Program-made: the position numbers and the translations under genes
NCBI RefSeq assembly: GCF_964204865.1
Contig: NC_135261.1
Coordinates: 8,122,001 to 8,186,000, forward strand
DNA from: Styela clava
Taxonomy: Eukaryota
DNA: 64,000 bases
Direction of reading: 5' to 3'
Shown: positions 11,590 to 24,610 of the stretch, one piece after another
Layout of the letters: each line of letters begins with the position of its first letter
Position numbering within the stretch: position 1 is the stretch's first letter
Notes under the pieces: generated by a model
The model's input: the letters and a program-made list of their open reading frames with translations, nothing else
Told to the model about the DNA's origin: nothing
The model's database searches: none

Positions 11590-12290
11590 TTTAACATGAC
11601 GTGGATCTATCAATCGTTTTGCTAAATTCTTTTTGTTTGTGGAATTGTTGTTGAACGAGCAGATTTCCAATCATAGTCATGGTGGACAAATGGCGATATG
11701 CATCTTGACTATTCTATCTAGTTGAAGAGCCCTGCTGCGCACTAACACAAATGTATGTCGGTAAAGTTTCGACTCGCCAAAGTCACACTTCCTCACACAA
11801 GCAGTTTGCAACAATGCGTGACGTTCGTAAACGTCTATTGAAACAACTTGTGTTTGTTGGGTCATTTACGTTTGCTGATATTGGACACGAAATGGACTTG
11901 TGAATCTATTTGCTAAATTGTTGTTGTCAGTACTCTTGTTGTGAAAAAATCCCTTTCTTTTCAACTACCGGACCTATCGATTTTAAATTTCCAGTGTTTC
12001 AAGATTGTTATTGTTTCTCGAAGGCTATTATCTTGAAAAATTTCTGTGGGCTCTGTAGGATTCGTTTGTCACTCCAAAGTTTTGTGTAATGACATCATGG
12101 AAATGAAAAATTTCGCATCGTGTGGCGATTCCGCGATCGCACTTCAGAAATATGATGGTTTGCAGAATCGAGAGTTATATGATAAGAAAGACTACCGGTA
12201 CTGTAACATATTTGATACTACTTTGTTTTGGCTTTCGTGTCCATATATTCGAGCATTCCAATATTCTTCATTCTACATTTTTCGATATTA
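11590..12290. repeat. Old interspersed repeat family (HINE/Helentron-like, tentative), copy 1
   Basis: Shares blocks TTGGACACGAAATGGAC, GGACC.AT.G.TTT.AAATTT.CAGTG, GAAGGCTATTA and GTGTCCATATATT with 26330-26570, 30510-30900 and 35060-35570. Confidence 0.55.
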
Positions 12291-12555
12291 AAAATAGCCC
12301 TATGTTACCCTGCATTATGATGTCAAATCGTGTTCATGGTTATTATTTATTTCAAATAGGCAATGGCAAATGAGGAACTAATAGGGATAATACAGCACAA
12401 AACAAAATTTATATTACATTACATCCAAGTATATACAATAGCGCGAATTTTCGAACAGTGTACATGGTGTTGCCGGCCTTTCTCCAATCGAGGCTTGAAC
12501 ATTTTGGTGGTTCTTTGCTCGACATCTACTTGACCATGAACAAACACATGGAGAT

Positions 12556-14496
12556 TTAGTTGGTTTGTACGATGTTGTCATTGATTGGTGAAGAATATCC
12601 TTCATCTGAATATGGTTTGTAAAGAAATTCTGTTGAGTTTTCGTCCGAACATTCGTCGATTTGATGTGGAGTGATATTCTGCACATAGGGTGTATTCTCG
12701 ATAGTTTGCCATTGAGGTTCTCCTGGATGTTGTTGCTGCTGGTATTGATGTTGCTGATCTATCGACTGAGCAGGTAGTTCGCCATATGCAGTCGAGTAAA
12801 TTTGCTGGCTCGTTGAAGACGCAAGATTCATATGCTGGGTGTACTGTTGCACATGCCCATTTGAGTAGTCTTCTTCCGTTATATTAGTTGTAGGTAAGTA
12901 TTGCTGTGCTTGGACTGGATATTGTGGGACATGCGAAGCATAGTCGGAATATCTGTAGTTGTTTGTAGAATAATAACCAGTATTGTGGGGTAGAGAAGCC
13001 GAAGCGTAAGTCGATGTCACCAAATCATCGGGGACATATGTTGACGGTAATGAATCTGTGCAATAGGGTAGGGCGGAATATTGGCTAGGATCAGCTGATG
13101 GAATATTGGAAACAACGTTTTGTACGTGTGGCACACTTTGTGGGTAATCTGGTCTAAATCTCTTTGCAATAGAATAGTCCGGTATTTGATATTGTTTTTG
13201 TTGGTATTGGGCTCTTGCTGATTTACTTCCTCTTGCTCCGTCTTCGCGAAAGCCTTTTGCGAATGGATTATTTGCAATCTTCAGTTTTGTTAGCTGATAG
13301 AAAAGAATTGATATATTAATTATCAGGAAATTAACAATAAGAGCGTTCGACTCAATTTTTTAAATTGGAATTACGAACACTTACCTCTGTGTTCTGGTAT
13401 GCTGTAACGGTAATGAATGATGTCACTGGCAGTGGAAAGGTTTGCATTGTTTCGAGATTTGATGGATCTTCAGATTCAATAATATGTATACGAACGTGAT
13501 ATTTGTGCATTGAATGCATGATCAACTGAAATTAAAAAAATAAAATGTCAATTGTATACAATTTAACGTTACGAACCAATGAACAGGACAAAAATGATGT
13601 AGTTTTTTTGGGGGTTGCCATTGTATAACTCACAAACAAATCTATGCTCATAGACAGATGGTAGCTAAGTTTGTGCATTCAATTCAATTTGAAATAACTT
13701 ACTTTTCCGTTAACGTAATTTGCAGCCGCGTTAGAGTTTGACAATTTTGCTTTGTGGAAAGATACGAGCCCTTTCATTAACTTTGCTCCAGTAGCTGGTG
13801 AATCTTGGTGGACAAAGTAGCGAGGAGCAAATTCAACTTCCCCTGGACCAGCAGCAGTCCATTCTCCATTTTGAAATCTGTATCGATAAGAGTCATCTCT
13901 GGCAACGCTCATCAAAACACAATACTTTGATGCTGGCTTGAGTCCTGTTAAGCGTATTCGACATCCAGGGAACATTCTCCTGTGATAATCAGAATAATAA
14001 ATAAACTAAATTTCCTTACTTAAATTTAAATTGATTAAATGTAAAATAATGAATATATATAAAAAGTACAAGTGAATAATATTAATATACCTTCCAGTTT
14101 TGGTCAAAATCATTTCAGTACCGACATTGTGAAATTGTTCCCACAGTTCGTGTTGATCTAGCGAGACGTTGATGGAAGAACTGATGGAACTGGATACTAG
14201 TTGTGGAATAGTTGTAGAAGTGGTGGATGATTGTGCTGAGTATGGATGGAGCCGTTCTAAAATTTTAAAAATAATTGTTTAAAATACCCATTCATTTATT
14301 ATGTATACAAACATTATTGTAACAAAATTATTTAGTTACAACAATGAAACTTACCTGTGTTCAAATGACCCCAATATCTCTGTTCGTATTCAGTATTGTT
14401 TTGTTGCCCCTGTACATCGCAGGGCTGGTATCCATAAGCTCCATATTGGTTGGAATATAAATCCGTTGAAACTGCTTTATGGCTCAACAAATTCAT
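12556..14496 (-). CDS. Tbx6: T-box transcription factor, Tbx6-related (divergent paralogue), 5 coding exons, 487 aa
   Basis: Exons 14496-14355, 14256-14091, 13979-13703, 13525-13385, 13293-12556; all GT-AG with consistent phases (1,2,0,0). T-box: [23 protein letters not shown]...YRFQNGEW...HQDSPATG...SFHKAKLSN...HSMHKY...[28 protein letters not shown]. Tbx6 subfamily assignment is by resemblance to the neighbouring gene. Confidence 0.88.
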
Positions 14497-14560
14497 GATT
14501 GAATATATATTTTTAGTCAACGTTTTCTTGTACTTGATTGCTTGATGGTGGATGCTTTGC

Positions 14561-14597
14561 AACTGATGTCTTCCTCGAGATTTTCGGGAGATTTATA
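14561..14597 (-). promoter_or_regulatory. Core promoter (TATA + Inr) of the minus-strand Tbx6-related gene
   Basis: On the - strand, TATAAAT at 14597-14591 is followed about 30 nt later by a canonical Inr TCAGTT (14566-14561), about 65 nt upstream of the ATG. Confidence 0.55.
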
Positions 14598-14829
14598 CCT
14601 TATGATATTCGTACTCACTGAGATATTTTTTTTGTAGACGACTATAAAAATTGCATCTGCTTGTGCTTTGGAGATATTGATGCCGCCGTCAACCTACATT
14701 TTCGCAGTTACCTTCGCAGGAAAGCACAGAACTTATCTCATTTCTCACCTAATGCTCTTGATCGGTTGCAATCTTCTCAGTGGGTTCCTGAGCAGTAAAC
14801 TTAAGTTACGATATGGTATCATGCCGTTA

Positions 14830-14994
14830 AGATAAGCTTTTGATTTTCCGACAAGAACAGTCGAGTCGTATATTCTGATAACAAAGTGACAAAATGATAA
14901 CGACAAGTTATGATAAGCCTTCATTAAAACGGGAGATAAGAAATTCGATATTAAGATAATAAAAATGTTTAATATACGCTAATGAACAGATAAG
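14830..14994 (+). promoter_or_regulatory. Homotypic GATA-site cluster (candidate enhancer)
   Basis: Seven WGATAA on the + strand at 14830, 14876, 14895, 14911, 14934, 14954 and 14988, plus TTATCT at 14733. Confidence 0.55.
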
Positions 14995-17900
14995 AAAGTA
15001 AACCTAAACAATTCAAAATGGCGTATATTATTAAATTCATGATCTTTTGTATGTTCAATGATACAACCCAAAACTTTAAATTTTTAAATTCGAATTTTCA
15101 ACAAACCCAGGAAAAAGGCTGCAAACTTTTGTCTCTACTATACTGTAATTTTCCACCTTACAAATACGTTTTTAAGTTGAATATATAATTTTTACATTCT
15201 CCTGAGAACGATTACCGTGAAACAAATAACTAGATTATATGGACTGGTATTGACTTTACAATAGCGATACTGTACAGTTGTTCTCAGATGATAGAATGGA
15301 AATGAAATAATATTTTATGATCACATGAATTAGGTTTTCTTTTCTACCCAATTTCACGCGTGTTGTTATGTATGTTTCCCGTTTAAATACAATAAATTTA
15401 CGATTTAAGGCGATTTCACGCATTTCAATGAATGGTTCAATACAAATGTCATGGCACACTTCACACTTCCTAACAACAGGTAGATGACTGTTTGGATTTG
15501 CAATAAATATTCATTGTAATTGTCCGAAGCGAACTATCTCCTGTTTTAAGAATGTTTCTTCAATATATTGCTCGTTTTTCATCAAAGCAATTTCATCATA
15601 TTTTTGCATTACAAAATTTTACTTCCATTATGAACAATAGTTTTAAGTAATGTTCATCGCTGACGAAGCCAGATACTTCTAAAATATTTCGATTCACCAT
15701 ACACTTATTGTATTGCAAATGTACCTATGTTGGTCCAATCCGAAATTATTTTTCAAATCGCTAAAACAATAGTCAAACATGTTTTTCTAGCAATGAAATC
15801 CCACAGTCAAGGCAAAACATTATTATGAAAACAAAATATTGTCAATGTTAGATTTAAAAGTATTCTTCAATGCACCAAACAACCGTGAATATTGGGAACT
15901 TCCAAAAGAATATTCAGTTTAGTACAGTAAAGTTCAATCCACACTGTATTTGGCGCATAAACTAACAACAAAACTAGCACTGAAATATTATTAGGTGCAC
16001 ATGCTTTTCCTTCCACGTCCACGATGTTATATTACAATCAATAGTTTAAAGCAGTAGCATTTTAGCGTAGAATAAGTACAAAATATACTTTCTTTAATTT
16101 CCACCACCATACAATAAGTCCATCAAATAATATATATAATATAAATTCACCGGAAAAAATATAGTAAAGAATTTGATGAAAGTAAGACAGTAACAAGTAA
16201 TAAATACTAAATGATGCAAATACAGAAATTACTTTTGACTGAGAGATATAGTATGGAAATGTACTGCCTGTTTTGGTGACATAGAATGAAAAACACAATT
16301 GTAAAGTTAATAATAATATAAATTCTCCCAAAAAATATTCACTTCAGAAGTGCGAGCAAAAGTAAATATTATATTATATAATTATATGTAATTTCACTCT
16401 GTTCTATAAAAAATAAGGGTATTGTTCATCGAACCAATGAACATCGTATATTGATAACATCCGCAAAGCCCAACATATGCGGTGATTACATATTGTTATC
16501 ATCGGCGTAAAAACAACTGTCGGGAACTTCAGGAGAACGCGAAGGCGATAACAAAATTGTTTTCATTTCCGTTATCCCCGCTAATTACCGTTAAACAACG
16601 TTGATCAATTAATATTCTGATAGTGTAAAACATTCTCTCAATTAGTCAGTAATAACTGTTTGAAAAGAATAAATTAATAACCGTGTAATAAATATTATAT
16701 TTCCGTTATGATTTTAATGTAGCAATTTTGTAAACTCGTTTTTGGAAATTGAATACATAAACTTTCAAGGTGAAATTTACGTTTTTTTTAAATGTATTCT
16801 GAAAGACCCATATTTATTTTATCTCTGATTTTTACAAACTATGGAATTATTAATATATCACATGTTAGACTAGGATTATTTTGAACAATCTGCAGAAAGA
16901 AACACCCAATTTACATCCTGGGTAACATTTACCAATTTAATTTACAGAGTGTCGACAAAGTTGGGGCACTGGTGATGTACATTTGAAGTTAGTGTTGAAA
17001 GAAGTAGAATTAACAAAACAGACGCATACTTGAGTTATAATTCAAATATGTCATGTGTTTTTGCTATTTTGCAAGAATTGTACTATATCAACTTATATAT
17101 TATTGCCTATTCTTAATTTCTAAATCTACAAAAAATAATATTTCCTCATCAACTAATAAAAAAATTAAAATTAAGTATACTTCAACAAAAATGAGCATTT
17201 TAGCTCTTCAAAGAAATAGCACATATCCAATATCTTCTGCATTTACTTTATGAAAATTCGAGTATCCAATCAGCCTTAAGTTGCAAGTCTTTCGAACTTG
17301 AAGAGACTTGTTTGGCAATAGTTTTTTAGTTTTTCTCACTTACTATAAGTTATTTCGTTTGAAAATTTAGGCGCTGTCATATGTTTCCACGAATGTGTGA
17401 GATATCGTGCTAATAATGTTTCTCCTAGCAACTGCCAAAATCGTATGTTTTCACAGTTTTGCGTCACCATAGGCTTTCAATACCGAGAGATGAGTTTAAT
17501 TCATAGCACCCTAAGCTCAAGCAGCTGCGATTTATGTCGCTGCTATTCGCAGAGTAAAATTTTACAGTTGGTGAAATTCCATGGAAAAAAACAAAACAAT
17601 GACAGTGCACCGTACGGAATTATGACAGTTACGCTTACATCTTTTAGTTTCATCTACCCGAATCTTTGATCTCTTGCTTTCAAATAAAATACCAGTAGAA
17701 TTTCTTATTTTCGATTTGTATGTTCATCATTGATACAGAAACTTGTTGAGAAGTTACTGAATTTACCTCACTCAGTTACAGAAATTGTCAACAAAGTCCA
17801 TTACTAGTCCACGGTGTTCACCCAATTGGAGTAAAAAAAGAGACCCCAGATCATTTCAAATATAACATTTTCTACATCAATGCAATGTAACCTGAACTGA

Positions 17901-18590
17901 CATTTATTTTATTACAAATAGTAATAGTAATATTACTCCGAAAATCTAAACACAAACAGAGTATTAAAGTTAAAGACAGAAGGCAGTGGTTTGTTACAAC
18001 ACGACAAACTCACATTATAAACCTGTGTGTAAGTATGACTGTTTTACAGCAACATCCTAATTTCAACTTGTATTATGTGAATTGGGATTTAGCTCTTTTG
18101 TTGCTTTGAATTCCCAGCGTCATCTTATTCAAGAATCCTGGAACAGTACAGTACAGGAACGAATAATAGACAGTTTGTCACATTATCCCACAACAAATAT
18201 CCTGAATATTTGAGTTGAAATCTCTCATCTTGCGTAGAGTCTGCCTCGATACAGCAAATATCACACAAATACAGCAAATTTTAATCAATGGAATAATTAG
18301 AATTCCATTGTAGGGACATTGGATATATTAGGATCTACTTTCTGTATTCTCCAAAAATATTGGTCCCATTTTGTATAATTTTTAAATGAATTGAAATATG
18401 TCATTTTTACTTTAGAGAAAATTTTTGCATATTGGCCAATATCTTTATTTAGATAAATGTTGCATGCCGCCCAAGTGCGAACGAATGTATCTTGATACCA
18501 CCCACAGTTTTACTACGTCAGATAACCGCTGTATTGGGCGGTTGAATAGGAGATGCCGACACGTTATCTTGCATCTGTACGAAAGAGCGA

Positions 18591-18599
18591 AAGTGTGAA
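18591..18599 (+). promoter_or_regulatory. T-box half-site AAGTGTGAA (reverse complement TTCACACTT) about 240 bp upstream of the plus-strand Tbx6 ATG
   Basis: Exact 9-mer; a second TTCACACTT lies at 15460-15468 in the same spacer; Zic-type CCGCTG nearby (~18527). Confidence 0.45.
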
Positions 18600-18832
18600 G
18601 AAGAACAATAGCGGACGACAATACAATAATTCAGCCACCGATAAAAAGTTGCGCGCGATACAAAAGCTACGGAACCAAAGAGGAAATCAGTCATTATAGA
18701 ATTGTCAGCTTAGTAAAAGGTTCTATATTTTGTTACACCGATTCTCTGCCAGAATATTATTATATTGAATTATAGTTTGAACGCATTTGGTCAGTATTGA
18801 AAGAAGAAACATTAAGTTAAAGGTTTCTTACA

Positions 18833-21800
18833 ATGTCGGCTTTCCCAATGCCAGATGTCTCAAGCACTTGGGGCTACCATCCAGGAGCTACATCGACGAG
18901 CGTATCAGGATATCCAGGAAGCAACGCTACACTGCCTATGCATTTTAACGGGTATTCATATATGGGAGCAACACCTTTAACACAGCAGCCACGGAGGCAT
19001 TTTCCCAATGCAACACCAGTTTTGGGAAATTATATTGGAAATCCAACAGAAAACGACCTATCGTTAGATCCATACGTTTCAAAGTTTTCACCAACTACAC
19101 AATGGCAAATGACTGGTGAGATTTCTATTTTTTTAATAATGTTAAGTCTTGAAACAGCAACTGTAAAATCTTAGAGGATTAGTAAAAATATAAATTGCCA
19201 AAATTGAAAAATTGCTAGTTTCAATATCATGTTTTATCATAAAACCCACGCTCAATACGTCTGGAAAAGAATATCTTGGCCCAATGTATCGATGGAGATT
19301 TCATAGAAAGATATTCTTTTTGTCTAGTATGGCCAATTTTGTTATAGCGCAAGTGACAAACTTAAGTAATGGCCTAATAAATCATATTAATATTTATTAC
19401 TATCTTTCGGATATTGTATGTTTGTTTTACAATGAAAGTTTTAATTAGCAAAAAGATAACATAATTATTTATTGTTCAATTAAATTTGTTCCCACAGGTA
19501 AAACATACACGGGAGATAATGATCATTATTCACCGCAAGATAACATCGATAACAATAAGAACTTTTACGACTCTCCGGTTAATAATGGACAATTAATGGA
19601 ATTACCGGATCCAAAAATGCAAGTGCAGTTATGTGACAGAGAATTGTGGGACCAGTTTTCAAAAGCTGGAACAGAAATGATTGTTACTAAAACCGGAAGG
19701 TATGGTTACTCACATTGAATTTGGTGTACTGATGAAATATTAAGCATATATTCTGATAATTTGAAAATCACAGGCAATAAAAGTCTGATACATAATAAAT
19801 TAAATATCTCATACTTAACACCCTGTATGTGATTTAATTTTTTCGATCAGAATGCTCGTACATGTTTTCAAATAGATATTTAGAGTTATAATAATCACAC
19901 ATCAGCTACTTACGCATAATGTAACCAGGAAAACTGCAAAGCATTGAAACTGCATTTTGATCATTGAATGAACAATCGCGAAGAGTATCGTTGAATGTAA
20001 TCCCATACATTTTATAAAGCTCTGTTTTTTAATTATGACTTTATCTTCTCTTTCAGACGAATGTTTCCTGGCTACAGAATTAAACTCTCAGGGTTAGACC
20101 GAGACGCAAAATACTGTGTTATGATGGATATTGTTAATGTGGACGACCACCGATATAAGTTCCAGGTAAGCAATATATTAACAACATTATTGTAAATAGC
20201 GAGCTTTTGTATTGATATAGATTTGAAAAATCCCCATTTTATCTTGACAGCATGGTGAATGGACAATTGCGGGAAGGGGAGAACCACATCTTCCGCAGAG
20301 ATTTTTTCTTCATCCTGACTCTCCAGCAACAGGTGCAAAATGGATGAGTGAAATTGTGTCTTTCCATAAAGTGAAACTCACGAATTCAGTAGGAAGAGAC
20401 GTGGATGGCAAAGTGAGTAAAACATTCAGTTTCTTTATTTTTTTTTGTGACTAAGATTTTTACTTTTTTCACATTGAGATTGATTTCGTGTTATAAAGAA
20501 TCAAAACTATATTTTTCTCTATTTTTCTATATTTATGACTTTCTCAAGCAAATTCTATTTAAATCCTCTAAATCAACCAACTTTTAAAATAATGAATTTT
20601 ACAAATGTTTATACATCATTTTCAGATTGTCCTGAATTCAATGCATCGATATCAACCTCGTATACATATTGTTCGCACCAATGATCCTACAAGAGTTCAC
20701 ATGCAACGATTATGTACGTTCGCATTTCCCCAAACAGTTTTCATCACAGTTACTGCATATCAAAATCCAGAGGTAATATTTTATATATAGCAGTATTTTC
20801 AAATTCTTACTTTTGATCTCCAATTCAGAGAACACTGTTTGTAATTCCCTTCACCAAAGTTACTAGGATCATACGACTGCTTATTTTAAATTACCCATGT
20901 CATGTTTCCATTGTTTCTGCTGTATGAAAGTTGTGTAACGACATAAATAAAAGTAAAATGAGGAGGAGAGGAAATGATAAACGGGAAAATACCAATGAAG
21001 ACTTATTGTTAAACTTTATATTATAATTTTATAGGTAACAAAGTTGAAAATTGACAATAACCCATTTGCAAAAGGCTTTCGTGAAGATGGCGCAAGAGCG
21101 AAGAAACCAAGAACGTCGCAGAATCAGTTTAATAACGAATTTCATCAAGTAACACCTTACGCAGAATCAAAAAGGCCTGCTTATGAAATGCATTACAGAC
21201 AAACACCTTTGCAGCATACCCCGGTTATGGGAAATCCTATTTCTCGATTGGGTTTTGACAATGGCGCATCTCCAGAGCTAAACAAACTGAGGTCGCACAA
21301 CAATGGCTTTTCTCAATATAGCGGGACAAGTTTTTCAGAAGACTACAATTCAAATGCACATACCAGCTACGGCCAAAGTGTTTCTAATTCCACATTTCCA
21401 GACTATTGGAAGACACTTAAATCGGATCAGAACTGTTACGGTTCCTCAGAACTTTATTCACAGCCGGGGCAAAATATGCAAATGAATCAAAATCACCATA
21501 CAACAGTTATACTAGCTAACAATCTGTCAATATCCCAAGGTACGCCAGGAGCACAAGGTGCGAGTAGTTTGCCGCATTTCAGCCTTTCACCAGACAATAA
21601 TACAATATACAAATCCAGTACACAACACACAGATCTGAGGACAGGATCCCCGCAAAATTTTGACGATATATTGGAAGAATCTGTTCATAGCATCACACCA
21701 TGTCAAAGCAAAGGCCAGGACAAAGTTACTCGTTCTTCTGATAGCGGGATTGGTTCTTCGCCATCTACCATGTCCGATGACGACAATTCACAAGCGCCAA

Positions 21801-22192
21801 CTATAGCTATGAACAACAGTGTACATTCAGAGGCCAGGGATATTGGAGAAATGCCCAAAGCGCGCACAGAAATAACAGAAGAGCACGATAGTAATAAAAG
21901 TTTCGAAGACCTGCTGACTCAGTCACCACAAAACATTCAAAACCTTCAAGTTGTTAATCCACTCACCGAAGAGAATTTGCTAACAAATGATTCTTCAAAC
22001 GATTCGGCATCTACTCATCACGACAACTCATTCCCAACAACGGCTTATGTTCCTGAAAGCCAGCAAAGTCAATTTGGAAACCCAGAAGCTATTTTTGCTT
22101 TTTCACAAGATACGTTTCATCGTTCTTTCACATCAGAATCGAACGGAACAGATGATGCCATAAACTGGGAAACAGGACTTGTTAAGATGTAA
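18833..22192 (+). CDS. Tbx6: T-box transcription factor Tbx6 (ascidian As-T2/Tbx6-related type), 6 coding exons, 686 aa
   Basis: Exons 18833-19115, 19498-19699, 20057-20165, 20251-20412, 20626-20772, 21035-22192; GT-AG with consistent phases. Canonical T-box [25 protein letters not shown]...YKFQHGEW...[12 protein letters not shown]...SFHKVKLTN...[13 protein letters not shown]...[33 protein letters not shown], then a long S/N/Q-rich tail. Confidence 0.92.
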
Positions 22193-23180
22193 TTTTGATA
22201 GAAACAGTCAAACACTTACCAATTGGTCGTATACTGGGCGATCAACTTTTTGCCAATGTTATTTATCTGTATATACTGATTTTACTTCACTGTCTTTTAT
22301 TTTGAAAATAAAATTTCGAACCGATAACCGGCCAGTTTGTTTATGGAGAGTGACGTCAGGTCCAGTCACTTGGAATCGGCATCGCTAATTGCGCATTTAT
22401 GACGATGATTGGCTGGCCATATGACGTATTTTGTGACTGTGACAGTTTTAGGTTTAAGTTTCTGTGCAAAAATGAAAAGTGATCCGGATTCATGAAAAGA
22501 ATAGCTAGAAAAATGCTTTGCCAAATTATTATCTGTAGTAAATTCAAAAATGCATTAGAACACAGTTTTTTTTATGATAGATTACGGACGCAATCACGCA
22601 ACACTTCATCAGCATTTTGTGCTAACTAGATCAAGATGCGATGCACATTTATATCGAACACACGATGAATCCAAATAAAATGGAAAATATCTCCATGGAA
22701 TTTCGTAACAAATTTATTAAATTGCCTATTTTTTTACGACCTGATATAAAATTAATAACTGGCACACTTTCCGCCAGCAACTGTTGTTGTGAGAAATGTG
22801 GAAGTCGTTAAATCACACGGATATTAGTTTATAATGCGGCATGTCGGTGACCCCTTGTTGTTTTGTTTCAATATTAATAAAATATAAATAACGACATTTT
22901 TTAATATTTACGTGGGAAGTAAATTTACCTCAGCGGTTACTTGAAACATTACTTCATGCATTACTTAAAAACCTTAGTTGCATGCCAACATGAGGTCAAA
23001 ATCAACGAACACCATATGTTATCATGGCTTGACTTTGAATCGTTTGTTATCAACATAACGTTATATACATATTTGGGTGAAAAAATGGTAGTTGAGCCTA
23101 CTTCTTGTACTAATATTAATGATATATTTTTTTACAGATCTGTGTATACTAATCATATATATATATAACATATCGTATAA

Positions 23181-23543
23181 CAGAGGTGTGCAACCTGCGA
23201 CCAGCGGGCCAAATGTGGCCCACGAAAATAAGTTGTGCGGCCCGCGGAGAAGTGCCAATTTTGAATGGTGTGCGGCCCGCGAAACGAGGTTTTGATTCAG
23301 TTCAATCTGGTACATGCGAGTAATTCCAATCCCTTTTGCGTTACCCGATTTCTATTTAATATCTATGCCTATGACGTTACAACGCCGTAACAGCTAGTTT
23401 GTGCGAAGCGAACAACGCATTTCGTGAGACCAATAACTTAAATTTATGGGCCTGCAACTACTAGAAAGTCTATGTGGTGCTGCCCGCGGTGTCACCCAGT
23501 TATTTGTATTGGGCTCTCATGTATTAAAGGTTGCACACCCCTG
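23181..23543. mobile_element. hAT MITE, family 1 (~360 bp)
   Basis: TIRs CAGAGGTGTGCAACCT / AGGTTGCACACCCCTG, GCGGCCCGC subterminal motifs, degenerate 8-bp TSD TCGTATAA / TTGTACAA. Confidence 0.85.
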
Positions 23544-23600
23544 TTGTACAACCGTCTTGTTTTAGCAATGCGATTTTTAATCAGGATGTAAAGAATATTT

Positions 23601-23710
23601 GGTACTCCTTAAGTATGCGCACCAAGATGTCGCATAACCTGAACCCTAACCTGGTACACAACCTAAGTTCAGGTTGTGCGCCATCTTGGTGCGCATATTT
23701 CAGGAGGTCC
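23601..23710. mobile_element. Small foldback MITE (~110 bp, GG...CC termini)
   Basis: About 45-bp imperfect inverted arms (GGTACTCCTTAAGTATGCGCACCAAGATGTCGCATAACCTGAAC / GTTCAGGTTGTGCGCCATCTTGGTGCGCATATTTCAGGAGGTCC) around an AACCCTAACC core; similar termini at 55925-56113. Confidence 0.7.
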
Positions 23711-24245
23711 TATTATTTTTAGCAGCATTTTCGTAAACAGAATAAAAATATTGAATTTGGAATGCTTCGATTTAACCTTATATTGAAACGTACATTTTAA
23801 GGTTAATGAATTTATAGCAGTTTGTATGTCACAACCTTAAACCTCTTATGTTTTTATTGCAGCTATTTTTCAGTTAAAACATAAACATATCCAATGTTAT
23901 TATTTTTTCCGCGTCGTATATTGACGCAGAGTGGATCGTTTCTGTATTGTTGAATTAAACTTGCTTCTGTTATTTCGCAATCAGTTAAAGCAATGTCCGC
24001 ATAATATGTTGCATTTTTTGCAAATTGCTTTTTCCATAATCTGCTGCCTGAGAGAAACGAAATAATTTTAATATATTGAAAGCAAGAGAGCAATGCCCAA
24101 GTAAATGGACACGAAAGTACAATAACTACCTCGATGTCAGGAAAATCGCAGTTAAAATGTAAAAAAACTATAACGTTTATGGGTCTTGGCATAAATTATT
24201 TATAAAAAGATTCTTAATATGGGGTAAAATATCAAACTTTACAGC

Positions 24246-24610
24246 CAGGGACGTGCAACCTGTGGCCAAATGGGGCCAAGGAAAAGTTGTGCGGCCCGGA
24301 GCAGTGCCGATTTTAAATGGCGTGCGGCCAGTAAAACAATTTTTTAATTTTATTTAATCTGATATGTGCCAGTAATTCGAATTCTTTTTCGCAAAACTTA
24401 GATACCTGAGTCTAATTTATTATCTATGCCTTTGACGTTACAATGACATGCCCTCGCAGCTGGCTTGTGCAAAGCTAACAACGCATGTCATTGAATCAAT
24501 AACGAAATTTTTGTGCCTGTCGCTACTAGCCTATGGTAAATAAAGCTGCGGCCCGCGGTTCATCTGATTATTTGTACGTGGTTCTCCTGTATTAAAGGTT
24601 GCACACCCTG
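24246..24610. mobile_element. hAT MITE, family 1, second copy
   Basis: Colinear with 23181-23543 (CAGGGACGTGCAACCT...AGGTTGCACACCCTG); flanks CTTTACAG / CCTTACAG. Confidence 0.85.
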
